Assembly: GCF_009914755.1 (NCBI RefSeq)
Contig: NC_060939.1
Length of the DNA: 64,000 nucleotides
From: the human T2T-CHM13v2.0 reference genome, Homo sapiens
Reading direction: 5' to 3' (one strand)
In this document: positions 34,965 to 49,723 of the stretch, one piece after another
Layout: the number at the start of each line of letters is the position of its first letter
Position numbering within the stretch: position 1 is the first letter of the stretch
Program-made: the position numbers and the translations under genes
The notes under the pieces: generated by a model
The model's database searches: none
What the model was told of the DNA's origin: nothing
The model's input: only the letters and a program-made list of their open reading frames with translations

Positions 34965-36921
34965 ATCTAGACTTTTCTACTGAACTTTTAATCCACCTTG
35001 TACTCTACTGAGAAACCAATATCGCCAAACCATCACTTTTCTCCTTCACTCCTAAACTGCAGTAGCTCCTCAGCCCGGGGAGACTAAGTCTGTCCTTGTC
35101 ATCCTGGCACTTAGATCCTGGGGATTCTGCCCACATACATATTCAGACTCTGCTTCTTTCAGATTTTTATCTGTCCCGCCCTCAGCACTACCATACTTTA
35201 ACTGATGTTACCCCGCAAACACACATTTTGGGAAGATCCTCCCCACCTCTCTCCTCAGATCCAAATCTTACTCATTCTTTGAGGCCCACGCATGCTGCAT
35301 GCCCCTGTAACATTAAGTCTGCCCATACCACTGCCTTTTGCACTTACACGGATTCACCCGTCTTACACTGTTACATTGCTATTCTGTCTACCTCGCTTCC
35401 TCAGCTACTCCCTGAAGGAGTCCATATTGTATTTCTGGCCTATTGATCTCAGTTTACACAGCGTAAAGTGTGAAAACTGTATTAGTGTATTGAGATTCTC
35501 TTCAATGAGATAATGAGTATAAAAAGCACTCTATATAGTGCCTGGTACACAATTAAGTGCTCAGAAAATTATAGTGTCATAGTATCTATAGAAGCATGCA
35601 TTCAGGAGCCCATAGAAGGTGCTTAATAAATTGTTTAAATGTGGTTATATATTGGGGAGAGCATGCCACACAGACTAGTCTGGTATTTGGAACTAACAGC
35701 AAAGAAAAACTTGCATAGAAATCCTACACCAATTAACACACCTTCATGCTAGACTGAATCCAGGAGCAGGGGTGTCATGTTTTCCCAGAGTGGTGCCCAA
35801 CCCAACCTTTTTGCATTTAGCAAGTTAATGAACACCTTGTGAATAACACTTTGCCAACTCTGGCCCAGTTTAGAAGGCTGCCAATAGGATATCAGTATGC
35901 CACACCGTCTGCTTTCCTGGGGACCCTGCTGTCCTCTCCCTAAGTGCTTCTGCTTTCAGCCGGTGGAGAGTCTGATGTGCCTAGAGAAGTTGCGCAGTGG
36001 GACGAGGCTGCAGCGAGAGCCTGGCCTTTCCCCAGGCGGAAGAGAGCCTTGTCTCAGATCCTGAGAGAGAAGTGAGTGGGGGCATGGCATTCCGAGCAGC
36101 CCAGGTTTGGCTTTGGGCCAGGCACTGAGTGGCAAACAAGAAGGAACACATTCCGGGAAGGCAAGGAGCCCTGCCAGCACGAAGGCAGCAGCGAAAGCAG
36201 GGCTCTGCTGGGTACCAGGTGTTCCTTGGCTCTGTGGAGGTCAGGCACGCAGGCGGATGAACTCAGGTTTCTCTAGAATATCATTTCAGAGGCTTAAATG
36301 CCTCCCACCCTCTCGCTGTCAGCGGACAGGGCATGTGGAACTGTTAAACGTTAAAACTCTCTGCTCTGGGGCCCAGCCCGTGCTCTCTAAATAAAGGTAG
36401 GAGCGGAAAGAGTGTTGTTGCCATCATGAAATCACACTTCACAGGAGCCAGATTTCGGCGATTCTGTGTCTAAGAGAAAATGCTAATCCAAACAAGGGCA
36501 GGTTGGAGAAGAGCCTGGGATTTCTATGCCCTAGAAACTGCACTCTCCACCCTTGCAGCCCAGAAACACAAACACACACACACTTGTTCTCCACGCCTGC
36601 CTTCCGAGTGGCCAGAGCTGGGGGAAGTCTGGAGAGCCCTCGGAAACGCCGTCCTTTCAGAATCAGCGCTGGCCCTTCCCCAGGTGATGAGAGAAGAGAG
36701 CGAGGAGGACCAAAGCGGAAGCGGATAGAGCCATTCTTTTCGGGGCAAATGGCCACACAAGCCTTCCTGAAGATTCCCTTCTTACTTTGGATAGGTAGGT
36801 GACCTGGACTGGAGGGGCCCTGGGCCCGTTTTTCCCAGCAAGGGGACAGGAGTAGCTTTTTCTGAGGGAGGAGAACGAAGTCTTTACTCACCCCTCTGCC
36901 TCTGCGTCTTTTTGCTGGACT

Positions 36922-36941
36922 TTGCTGCCGCCTAGTGGCTC
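36922..36941 (-). promoter_or_regulatory. Candidate CTCF motif
   Basis: Minus strand GCCACTAGGCGGCAGC versus consensus CCASYAGRKGGCRS (one mismatch). Confidence 0.35.
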
Positions 36942-37729
36942 AGTTGTCATCACTTCCTTCTCTGAGAGAGAGACAGCCAGCCTTGCATTGAGTTTGAGGA
37001 TCTAGCCTCTCAGTCTAGTCCTGAGGCAACCTGGAGATCCTTCTCTGAGAAGTTTCTCTGCTCTAGGACTCCCTGGTTCTGTGGCCCAGCAGCTAGGAGA
37101 GAGGAGCACCATGGGCTTCTAGGCCTCACTCAGTCTGGCAGTCAGGTAGAGGGGCCATGGCTGGCTGGCTGGGCACCTGGGAGAGGGGGTGGGGGTAGTT
37201 TCTTATTCCCAGGACATCTCAGTGGGATGAAGTTGTCCCTGAGTCCCCCTCATTCCTGAATGCCTTTTTCGCTAATAATACTGCCCCTCCCATGACCCTT
37301 CCTTTCTGCTAAGGCCCATGTTGCAAAACTGAGGCTCTGGCATAATGTATATTTCCTTTCTGTTTCCCCAAATTTAAGGCAGCTATTTCTCCCTGATAAA
37401 GTTAGCTCATTGCCATGATAAATATATGATTATATGCCTTCTCTGTGATGCTGCTGCTATGAATCAGTCCCTGGGAATAGTGAGGAGTGGGCATACTTTA
37501 AAGAATTTTATTGGATTGGTTTCTCTAAGTCCCTGAAAAGCCTATAGATTATAAGCTATATTTTTCTGTGTATTATATCCAGGTGTTTATTTCCTCTAGC
37601 AAAGGAAAGCACTTGGTTTCAACAACCACTGATCTGCCCTACCAAACTTTCCGATCTGAGCTGTAATACCCAGGGACTATATAAAATCCAAACTCTTCTG
37701 CTTACCCCACCAAACTCTTTTCTTTTAAC

Positions 37730-39650
<1,921 letters not shown>

Positions 39651-39699
39651 GACCTCTATAACCTCTTTTCATGTCACTCTCCCACTTAGCATCCTAGGA

Positions 39700-40112
39700 T
39701 ACTAACATGCAGCTAGTCTCTCTGCTCCTCAGAGACAAACATGTCCTTTCCTACCTTTTGCAGTTGCTGATCCCTCTTCCAGGAATGTGTTGTTCCCAGC
39801 TCCTCTCATGACTGACTTCTCATCCTTTAAGCACCAGCTTGTCACTTTGGAGAACTTTCTTAACCATGTCATCTAAAGCCACCTCCCTCTTTACCACTGT
39901 TTATCACACTTCATCATGTCACTGTTTCTTCTTGAAAATCACTATCTGCAATTATCTTGTTTGTTTACATATTTACTTGGAATCTACCTGTACATGGAAT
40001 GTAAGTTAAGTTCCATGGACACAGATATGTTTGCCATGTTCATGGCTCCAGTGCCCAGCTTAGTACCTGGCATGTAGTCTTGGCTCAATAATATTTATTG
40101 AATGAATGAATC
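39700..40112 (+). mobile_element. L2 3' end
   Basis: ...gtacctggcatgtagtcttggctcaataatatttattgaatgaatgaat. Confidence 0.75.
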
Positions 40113-40534
40113 ACTACTAGAGGGGGCATCACAGGGAAAAAGAAGGAAGGTGATATGGCCCAAATTGGAATTTTACCTCCTTACATAGGCTCTGGGTCAT
40201 AGAAAAGGCCACCCGAGCTTTCTGGCTCTGAACTCCGTATGTTAATTCCTGGATCAGAGGCATAATCCTGTTTGAGCCAGGGACATTGCTTTGGAGTTGC
40301 TCAGAGAAAATGGGTAAGTATTCCCGGTGTCCACCCAACAGAGGCAGAGGGCTGTGGGGGTTTGCTGTGGCCACCCTCACTCTTCCCCATATGCCAAGTC
40401 CTTTGAGATTTGCAGAGTACTTGGGATTATAGGAATGACTTGGGCTCCATCAGTCTCCTGGGGGCTGAGTATGTCAGTAAGAGTACCTGTAGTGAGTAGT
40501 CAGAGGATAAAAATGAACTTTCTATACCATAATA

Positions 40535-42734
40535 CACTAGAAAAATCAAGTTTTTTATTTTAAAATATTTTCAAAGGCTAAGGCCATAGCAAAACAACCC
40601 AAGGGTGGTTGAATCAAACTCAGGGAATTAGAGGAGCATCAGCCAATGCAAGCAGGTCTATATAAAATACACATCATTTATAAATGCACACAGCAGAAAG
40701 CACAGTGGCCCCAGAGGACCAGGCAGGGGGACAACAGAGAGAAACAGAGCACTATCTGGAGGGACAGGCACACCCGCAACACTCAAAGCCCTGGGCCCCA
40801 AGTGCACCTCCAAAGTCACCTACGCTGCAGCATGGCTCTTGCCCTTTCTGAGCCTGGGTATAGCTGAAGACCAAGTTCACCAGCATCTTGGCACATCCAC
40901 CTATAACTGGCACCTCTCATGGCCTCTGACAACCAAGCAAGGCTCAGAGAATGGATTTTTATCTCTGTCTTTCAGCAAGGACCAGGGAGAAGTGCTGAAG
41001 CAAGAAGGGTTATTTTCCTAAAAAAAAAAGACGGATGAAAGGGTGAAAGGGGCTGGTTCCAAAAAAAAAAAAAAAAAAGGATGACCATTCATGGAACAGT
41101 GAGTTTCACCTGAGACATACAGATTTGGTGCAAGCAACACAAAAGGCCAGGCTCTAAATTTCATCCTAAAAACTGGGATGGGGAGAGCATGAAGAGACCA
41201 CTTACTGGTAGTCCCTCCAATTCTCATTTGGGTTTGTCATAAACAGGACAGACAGTCGTCTGCTTCACAATAAATAATTTCCACCTGGATTTCATTCCCT
41301 GATTAATCTCTCAGTGTCTGAAGAGGGGAAAACAGTGGCTGCTTCTGACACCGCCCACCCCATCACCAGCAACTTTCCCTGATACTTCTGGCCTCCTCAC
41401 TAAGCCCTTCCAGAACCTCCAAAGCCACTATCTTAGCAGATGGGAGTCCCAGGGCGATGAGGCCAGAGTTGTGGGACACAGAGAAGAAGAGAAGGCCTTG
41501 ATAGAGGAAGAGGAATATCCAAGGCAAAGCCACCACCACGTCCAACCTCCTCATCCTCTACCTTTCCTGTCCCCAGAGGTATGAGATAGACCCCCTGGCC
41601 TGGTTCCTGCACTGTGCTAGGCCCACAGTGGACACTTCCACCTTAATGGAGAATAGGCCCCATGGAGTGGAGGTCCCTCCTCCATGGCCTGCAACCCAAT
41701 GACTATGGGGGTGACACAAGTGACCTCTGCCCTGTGATGGCTCAACACCATCACACGCAACTGTCCAGACAAGCCCCCCTCAACGGGCTGCTGTTGGCCA
41801 TGCCTGAGATGCGGGCAGGCAGGCAGGGAGTGGACAGCAAGACCTCAGATCCAAGCCTCCACCCTTCCCTTCCCTATTTCCAGGGCTTGGGACACCTTAG
41901 AAATGTTTGAGCACACAAGGGCAAAACCCAGTACCAGGTCTGTGACCACAGTGATCAAAGGCCCTGCTCCACTTGTCTCACCGGAAAGTGACAGCTGAGG
42001 ACACAGAATTCAGGTACCTCTGTTCTTCACAGCCACTGCCACCATCTCCGCCGTGGGCAGCATCTCCCCATAATGCAGCCAGCCACCTCATGAGGGGCCG
42101 GCACAGAGCCCTGGCCCAGAGCATGGAAATTCATCTCTGGCTGGAATCCTGGCCATGAGCCCTCCCCTCTGCATTCACAGATTCTCAGCAGGCCCCTGCC
42201 CAAGCCTGACAGGTGCCTGGCTGCCCGCAGAGAAGCCCTGTGGGAACACAGAGTGTTGGGAGGGAGCAGAGCCCACATGGGTGGTTTGTGTTCTGACCTC
42301 TGACCCCACCATAGGAGTGAGCTGTGTGGCAGAGCCACATTCCAAATGCGAAAGCATGGCCTCTGTCCTTTGAGGTGGCCTCCAGTGTTCTGCCTGTGTG
42401 CCAGAACTGTTTCCAAGGACCCAGTTTGTTTGTTTGTTTGTTTTCTCTAAGTGTTTGCTGAAGCTTTGTGTACAGAATTCCTCAGTTGGTTCCAAAAAAT
42501 CTGGCTTTTTGCTTGAGTCCAAAAATTGTAGAAGCCAGTTACTTTGTAAACACGTACTTCAGATCTCTCATAGAGGGAAGAGAAGAGCTGCGGGGAGGAG
42601 GAGGGATCTGGAATATTTTCCTTCATAGGCAGTCTTAGCACAGCAGCAGCATAAACCACAGGGATCATTGGTGGAGACTTAGCACCCAGAACATTCTTCT
42701 TGGAGAAGGAATGGGGACAAAGGCCAAGTGGCTG
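40535..42734 (-). other. GRAMD2A: GRAMD2A 3'UTR (~2.2 kb)
   Basis: Runs from the stop to a minus-strand AATAAA at 40559-40554; Alu-free; U-rich tracts at ~41020-41078. Confidence 0.7.
40554..40559 (-). terminator. GRAMD2A polyadenylation signal AATAAA
   Basis: tttatt on the + strand; on the minus strand it is followed by a U/GU-rich downstream element. Confidence 0.7.
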
Positions 42735-42738
42735 TTAC
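42735..42738 (-). CDS. GRAMD2A: GRAMD2A terminal exon coding part: last base of the Arg codon plus the TAA stop
   Basis: tcctgtgtgcag|G TAA. The in-window exons sum to 1024 nt; with a 41-nt first coding exon this gives the 354-aa protein I recall. Confidence 0.8.
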
Positions 42739-42998
42739 CTGCACACAGGAAAGATGTCCACATCAGGGAAAGGGCCCAGAATGCAGACGGACGTGGGCAG
42801 AAGGGCCAGTGATAACTTTACTTCCCCCAAGAGTGGGCCAGGGTGGGACTGGTGTACCCTGCACGCTGCCCAACCTTGCTTAGGGTCAGAAGCCAGCTCA
42901 AAACAGGACCAAGTCCAGCCAGGCAGCCTGGCCTGAGGTTCTTGGCTCCTGTCCTCAACCCTCAATATCAAAGGCATTAGAAAGAGAAAAGGCCTCAC

Positions 42999-43103
42999 CT
43001 GTGCCCAGGGACTGGGTCATCCCAACTCAAGGAGCATAACTGCTGCTCTAGCCGAGAAATACGGAACGCCAGGTAGGATGAGGACATGACCAGGAAGCAG
43101 ATC
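42999..43103 (-). CDS. GRAMD2A: GRAMD2A coding exon 11 (ICFLVMSSSYLAFRISRLEQQLCSLSWDDPVPGH), 105 nt; rest of TM helix and tail
   Basis: tcttcag|GATCTGC...CACAG|gtgag; the hydrophobic segment joins exon 10 in frame. Confidence 0.93.
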
Positions 43104-43991
43104 CTGAAGAAAGGGGCAATACGGAGTTAAATATTTCTTCCACAGAAAGAGCATTTCTGGAAGTTCACCGGAAATAGTGGGGACCAAGCTACCCCTGCAG
43201 TTGGAAGAATTAAAGAGCCCTTTGTCCTGCAGCCAGTTCAGGCCTCAGCATCTTTCTTCCCAGACACCATGTAGGGGTCTTCAGACTTGTCCCCATGGAA
43301 GTGTCCTTACAGCCCAGCTAGAGCTCTGGGCCCTTCAGCTGAGCTCTGGGGGGAGCTCTGGCCAGACAGCCAGATCAGTCATCCTACCCTCTCTCTCACC
43401 AGCCATGGTGGTCCTTCCTGTGCCTCCTCTGGGAGGTCATGATGATGACCCCCTAGGCGGTGGGCCCATTCCCCCAGCAGGTGCTGATGTTGATGGTCAA
43501 AACCCGGCCAGCCGAGCCAGAGGAGGCTGATGAGCTAAGGTGAGGGAAAGCAGGGGCTGGCTGTTCATGTCACTTCCCACGATGCTCCCTGCTCTACTGG
43601 TCCTTAGACAGAGGTAGAGACAAGTCAGGGGTTCCAGAAGCTGCCCTAGTGGTGGGCAGTGGCGAGGCCAAGCTTTTCCTCTCTCTCTCCAATTTTCCTG
43701 GCCCTCCTTCTCCCAAATCCTTTTCCTCTTCTCAACATCTCCATATCCTGCCCCTCTCCACCAAATAGTCTTAACCCTAAATTACAGGGTTTCAAGAATA
43801 AAAACTGGAGATCCTTTCTCTTGCTACAGAAGGGCGTGCCACATGGCCTTCAGATACCACCCAAGAGCTTGAATTTGACTCAGAAACTTCCCCCTGGTTC
43901 TGAATAGTGAATTCCCCACACTCCAAGGCCCTTGTTCCAAGCACCTAGACATGCAGGTGGGTCTGTCCCCCTCCCCAGTATAGTCACTTAC

Positions 43992-44202
43992 AGCACAAAG
44001 AAGACCTTGAGGAGCCGGTAATCCCAGAGCCTCAGCTCCCCAGTGCTCCTGGGCTCCTCCTCCAGCTCATCCTCCTCATAGACAGCATTCTTTGCAGTGG
44101 GAGAGCAGTTCGGCATCTTCTTAGGGCAGGCAGGACCCCAGCCTGGCATGGGCCATGCCCACCTCCCACCATTTTCTGAAGCTACTTGGGCTCTTGACTT
44201 TT
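43992..44202 (-). CDS. GRAMD2A: GRAMD2A coding exon 10 (EKSRAQVAS...LWDYRLLKVFFVL), 211 nt; start of TM helix
   Basis: ccataaag|AAAAG...GTGCT|gtaag; overlaps ORF 43988-44305. Confidence 0.92.
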
Positions 44203-44338
44203 CTTTATGGATTGGGAGAAAAAAAAAATCAGCTCTCAGAAGCCCTGCTGGCTGTGGTGAGCCCTTTTTATGGAACTGGGAAGACAGAAAGTCTGGCCTT
44301 TGCAAGTAGTTGCCATGGACAAGCCCTCCCGAACTTAC

Positions 44339-44483
44339 CAGACATTGGAGGCTTCCTGGAGGGGAAGAAACTGTCTGTGGAGTCCACGGATGATGGAGGG
44401 ATACAAGGGATGTTGTCTGGGAGAGACAGGGACCTGGAGGAAGGGCATACCTTTCTCCACTTCATCTCAGGGATGAGGACTTC
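44339..44483 (-). CDS. GRAMD2A: GRAMD2A coding exon 9 (EVLIPEMKWRKVCPSS...RKPPMS), 145 nt
   Basis: ctgcag|GAAGTC...ATGTCTG|gtaag; overlaps ORF 44268-44465. Confidence 0.92.
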
Positions 44484-45131
44484 CTGCAGTAAGACAGGAG
44501 AAGCTATCTTACCATGGCCCTTGCGATCTCACTTGCCCTAAGGAGCCCACACCAGGTTTATCAGAGTTTTCTCCAGATATTACCAAATATAGATGCCTAG
44601 CCAGGGATGGAAGCAGGTACAAGCGAGGAGGGCAGTTGCTATAGCAACCATATGCCTCTCCTCTCTGCTCCCTTGCTGTGACTAGCTATTCTGCCAGCAA
44701 ACGATGTCTTTGAACACTGCTAGTGTAGAACCACAGTGGGATCTTAGATGTGAGCCAACCCAGATACATGCTCAGATCTGAGGCCAAGAAAGCTCGGCAC
44801 AACATGTCTTAGGTAGGATAAGTTCCTGCTCCTATCCCAAGCCCTAACCTTGGCAGGGAGGACTTAGCGTCCCCATCTACAAAAATGGGAACTTCACCTT
44901 CTATCCGGCACATGGTATTATGCATATCACATGCTTGGCTAAACACTAATAGTTACTAAAGGAGCCTTCAAACACCCCAGGGTCATTTCTACGCCATCCC
45001 TGCCCTAGAAACTCAGTTCTGCCTACCCAGGGCCCCAGCTGCCAAAGGAAACTTCTGGAACTTTGGCAAATCTAAAATAAGTCTGTCTGGGTTCTTCAGG
45101 GATAGTCTTTGGAGTTCTTCCCTAGGGACAT

Positions 45132-45453
<322 letters not shown>

Positions 45454-45576
45454 TGAAGGCCCTCTTGACTCAGCTGAAGAAAAGAGGATGGGCCACTGGT
45501 CCTGCATCTGTACAGGTGTGCAGCCCAACCTGGCCAGTGTTTTGGTGCTTGGACTTCTGTTCTACTCAGAAAGTCA

Positions 45577-45888
<312 letters not shown>

Positions 45889-46080
45889 CTATCTGCTGAG
45901 GCCCTGGTGGCTCTGCATTATGGTGTGGCAGGTTTAGGAGATGCCCTGGCATAGCATGGCCACTGACTCTTGAGCCTGGTGCCCCAGTTCTGCATTGTGG
46001 GCCCCCCTAGGAGGCCCAGAAGCCTCAGAGCTCCAGGCACTGTCAGTCCAGCAGTCTTTGCTCCCAGCTTCAGCTCTCAC

Positions 46081-46137
46081 CAGAGACTCAGGTTCCCCTG
46101 AAAATTCTCTTACACTCAGACTCTTCTTGCTGGAAGG
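46081..46137 (-). CDS. GRAMD2A: GRAMD2A coding exon 8 (PSSKKSLSVREFSGEPESL), 57 nt
   Basis: cctcctcag|CCTTCC...TCTCTG|gtgag; phase 0-0. Confidence 0.9.
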
Positions 46138-46460
46138 CTGAGGAGGAAAGGGAACAGCAGTCACTTGTCCATCTGGAACAGGCAAGGTCAGGCAGGGGGA
46201 AGCATCAGCCCTCTCCAAGAGAGCTTTACCTCCAAATAAGCCACTTTGTGTCAGGTGAAGCCCAGCTCCCAGGGTCTATAGGGGGCCCCCTATTTAATGC
46301 TGGAGCAGAGAGGCAAACCCCAGGAAACTTACTCTCCCACCTGCTGCCCCATCCCTCCCCTCTTCCTCACCATAGGCAGAGAGAGTCATAGGGCATGTTG
46401 GGAAGCAGCTACGCGCTCCTATCTGTGCATTAAGGAAGCACAAGTGAGGGCCTGGACATA

Positions 46461-47133
<673 letters not shown>

Positions 47134-47358
47134 TATATGGGGACACACAGGGGCTCACTGGCCTCAAAGACATGCTTGCAAGCATAGACACACAATCCAA
47201 GTACTGTCTCTTGTACATTGAGCCTGAGCCTTTAACTCCCCTCTCCCTGCCCCATTCCCTGTGCTGGAGAGATGGGCGACCTCCCCCAACACCCTTGTGC
47301 AAGACCTGCATCCAGGCCTGAGCGACTTCCCTGGCCTTCCTGCTCCCAAGCTCCATAC

Positions 47359-47430
47359 CTGTAGGTGGGTGCAGACTCTCCTCAGCAGGTCATATACACT
47401 GTCCCGGGAGAGCAGTGACACAAAGATATA
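47359..47430 (-). CDS. GRAMD2A: GRAMD2A coding exon 7 (YIFVSLLSRDSVYDLLRRVCTHLQ), 72 nt
   Basis: tcccag|TATATC...CTACAG|gtatg; C-terminal helix of the PH-GRAM fold. Confidence 0.95.
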
Positions 47431-47720
47431 CTGGGACATGGAAAGAAAACAGACAGGGGTAGGGTGAGATGAGACTCCTTGCTGTGCCAGCCAGCCCCCT
47501 TGTGGATTGGGCACAGGCCCACAGGGGTATCAGGCCATGAGAGCCAACAGAAGCTCTGCCTAGGAACTTCTCTTCCAGCTTGTTGTACGGCCTGAAATAC
47601 CTACTGGAGAGCTGCAGGGTGGGGTGAAATAAAGACCTGGGAATGTGCCCGAGTCAGACTGTGGGCTGTCAGGGCTGGGAGCGGGAGACTGACAAGGGAG
47701 CATGGGCCCAGTGCACTGAC

Positions 47721-47819
47721 CTTCTGGCTGGTGTTGGTGGTGATGGCCAGTCCATTGGGAAGGAGCCGTGCCATCTTGTGTTTTTTGATCATTTGCACAG
47801 ACACCACAGGAATGACCAC
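47721..47819 (-). CDS. GRAMD2A: GRAMD2A coding exon 6 (VVIPVVSVQMIKKHKMARLLPNGLAITTNTSQK), 99 nt
   Basis: ctctcag|GTGGTC...CAGAAG|gtcag; phase 0-0. Confidence 0.96.
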
Positions 47820-48462
47820 CTGAGAGGGAGAGGGATGCTTCTCTCAGGACTAACCCCCAAGGACGTGGTCCCTTTGCTCCCTGCCTAGGGACCCAGCTGT
47901 GAGCCCAGCATGGCCACCATGGGGAAGCCTGGCCCCATGTGGGGAAGTCTCTGAACCTTCTACCTTTTCATCCAGGCTCCCCTTCCAGTTGTCCCTGCCA
48001 CCCTGCCCCAGCCTTGGCAGGATGTGTCACTCTTGGCTGTCACATAGGTATGATCCCTGTTATCCAGGAGGCCAAGGATGGTGGCTCTGGTAAATCTCAT
48101 ACTCTAGTAATGGAGCTCCCCAGGCTACTTCTTGGCCACAGCTAGGGCTCCGCCTAAATGTGATATCCCACTCTGATTCTCAAAGCATTTCTGAAATACC
48201 CAGAGGCAGAATGATTTGGCTGTGAACTGTTCGGGCCAGCTCAGGCCAGATGTGGGGTCCAGATTGGGCCCCTGTTTTTGAAGGGGCAGGACTACTTTCC
48301 TGGACACTGGATGGGATGCCTCGAAGCTGCGCATCCAACCAGCAAGGGGCTTCACCCGGGGCCCAGCACGCAGAGAGATAGGCATGACTTTGAGGCATGC
48401 CCGTGGGGCAGGAGGCTGGCTCCCCTCACAGGGTCATGGCAGCCCTCACCACTCATTACTAC

Positions 48463-48566
48463 CTTGATATCCTTGCCAAAGAGGCTGGCATGGAAGCAGA
48501 GCCAGTTGGGGGAGATGTAGAGCCGGCCCTGGAGGAGGAAGTCCCTCTGGAGGGCACAGGAACACA
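48463..48566 (-). CDS. GRAMD2A: GRAMD2A coding exon 5 (VCSCALQRDFLLQGRLYISPNWLCFHASLFGKDIK), 104 nt, GRAM domain core
   Basis: cctag|TGTGT...ATCAAG|gtagt; carries the GRAM signature SCALQ...QGRLYIS.NWLCF. Confidence 0.97.
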
Positions 48567-49217
48567 CTAGGATGTCACAGGAGAGAAAATGGCCATAAGC
48601 AAGGTCAGCCCAGGAAGCCCCAGGACCTGGGTCCTCACGTTCTGGAGTCCACAGTCCAGCCTCAGGACCTGTCTTCCTCAGACTCCCCCTTCCCCACCGC
48701 AGGCCCCAAACCCCAAACAGTCCAATCCCCAGCGTCGAAGGGTCCTTCTCCTGACTGCTCCTCCACTCCACCAGCCTGCTGGATGTTTCTTCCTTCTCCA
48801 CCCTTGCTCCAGAGGGTCCAGGCAAGTTCCTGCCCTGATCTCCAAGCCTGCATTCTCACCACCTCAGGCAGAATCCCTGACCTTTCCCTGCTCTGCTCTG
48901 CCCCAAGGGCCTTGATTGTGCAAATGCCCCCACCTGCTCAGTGAGAGGCCAGAGCAGGTAAGAAGTCACCAGTAAGAGCAGGACACAAGATTCCAAAGCC
49001 CTGACGTTTCCCCAAGAAAACCTTCAAAAATGCAATGCTATGTCCAAACCAGCCCAGTCTTCTCACCAGCCCAGTCTTCTCACATTCTAGGGGAGTGGTC
49101 CACATCTAAAGGACAGCCAGTTCCCATTTCTAAGTCGTGCTTTGGAGGCTCCAGAGCAGAGGCCCCTGGCCCCAGGCACTCTGGGTGCCTAACCAGCTAT
49201 ACCGGGAGACAGCTCAC

Positions 49218-49293
49218 CTTTGAGAACCACTTCCTCCAAGGGAACATCCTTAAACAGCTTGTGGTATTGCTGGTTGTATTTATTCAGTGTTAT
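49218..49293 (-). CDS. GRAMD2A: GRAMD2A coding exon 4 (ITLNKYNQQYHKLFKDVPLEEVVLK), 76 nt, start of GRAM domain
   Basis: tttgcag|ATAACA...CTCAAAG|gtgag; the YHKLF motif is typical of a GRAM-domain start. Confidence 0.95.
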
Positions 49294-49665
49294 CTGCAAA
49301 CACACAGGCTGCGTCTGAGAAGCGCTGGGAGATGAGACCGCCAAAGGGGCCCTGCTCCAGCCAACAGGAAATGCCACAGCCCCCCGGCCCATGCTGGGGA
49401 CTTAGCATGAGGCAGCTAGTAAGCAGCCAGTGAGTATGGAGGGCTGTGTGCCAAGCACAGCTTGTCTCCTGGTGCTGCTAGGTCCTGACAGGCAGCTTGT
49501 ACTAGCAGAGGGGGACACACTACTCCCACCCAGGAAGGGATACACACTCAGGTCTCCTGATTTCCTGATGACAGGCCCGGTGGCCAAGGAGCCAAAAGTC
49601 ACTGAATTCTGGCAGCCCAGGACCCCTTCCTGGGTGAATAGTGAGAAGTCAGCCTCCAGACTTAC

Positions 49666-49723
49666 CCCTTCTCGGCCACACTTCTTTATCTCTTCACCCT
49701 TCAAGCCTTCTGGCCAGTGCAGA
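49666..49723 (-). CDS. GRAMD2A: GRAMD2A coding exon 3 (LHWPEGLKGEEIKKCGREG), 58 nt
   Basis: tttgcag|TCTGCAC...GAAGGG|gtaag; phase continues from exon 2. Confidence 0.92.
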
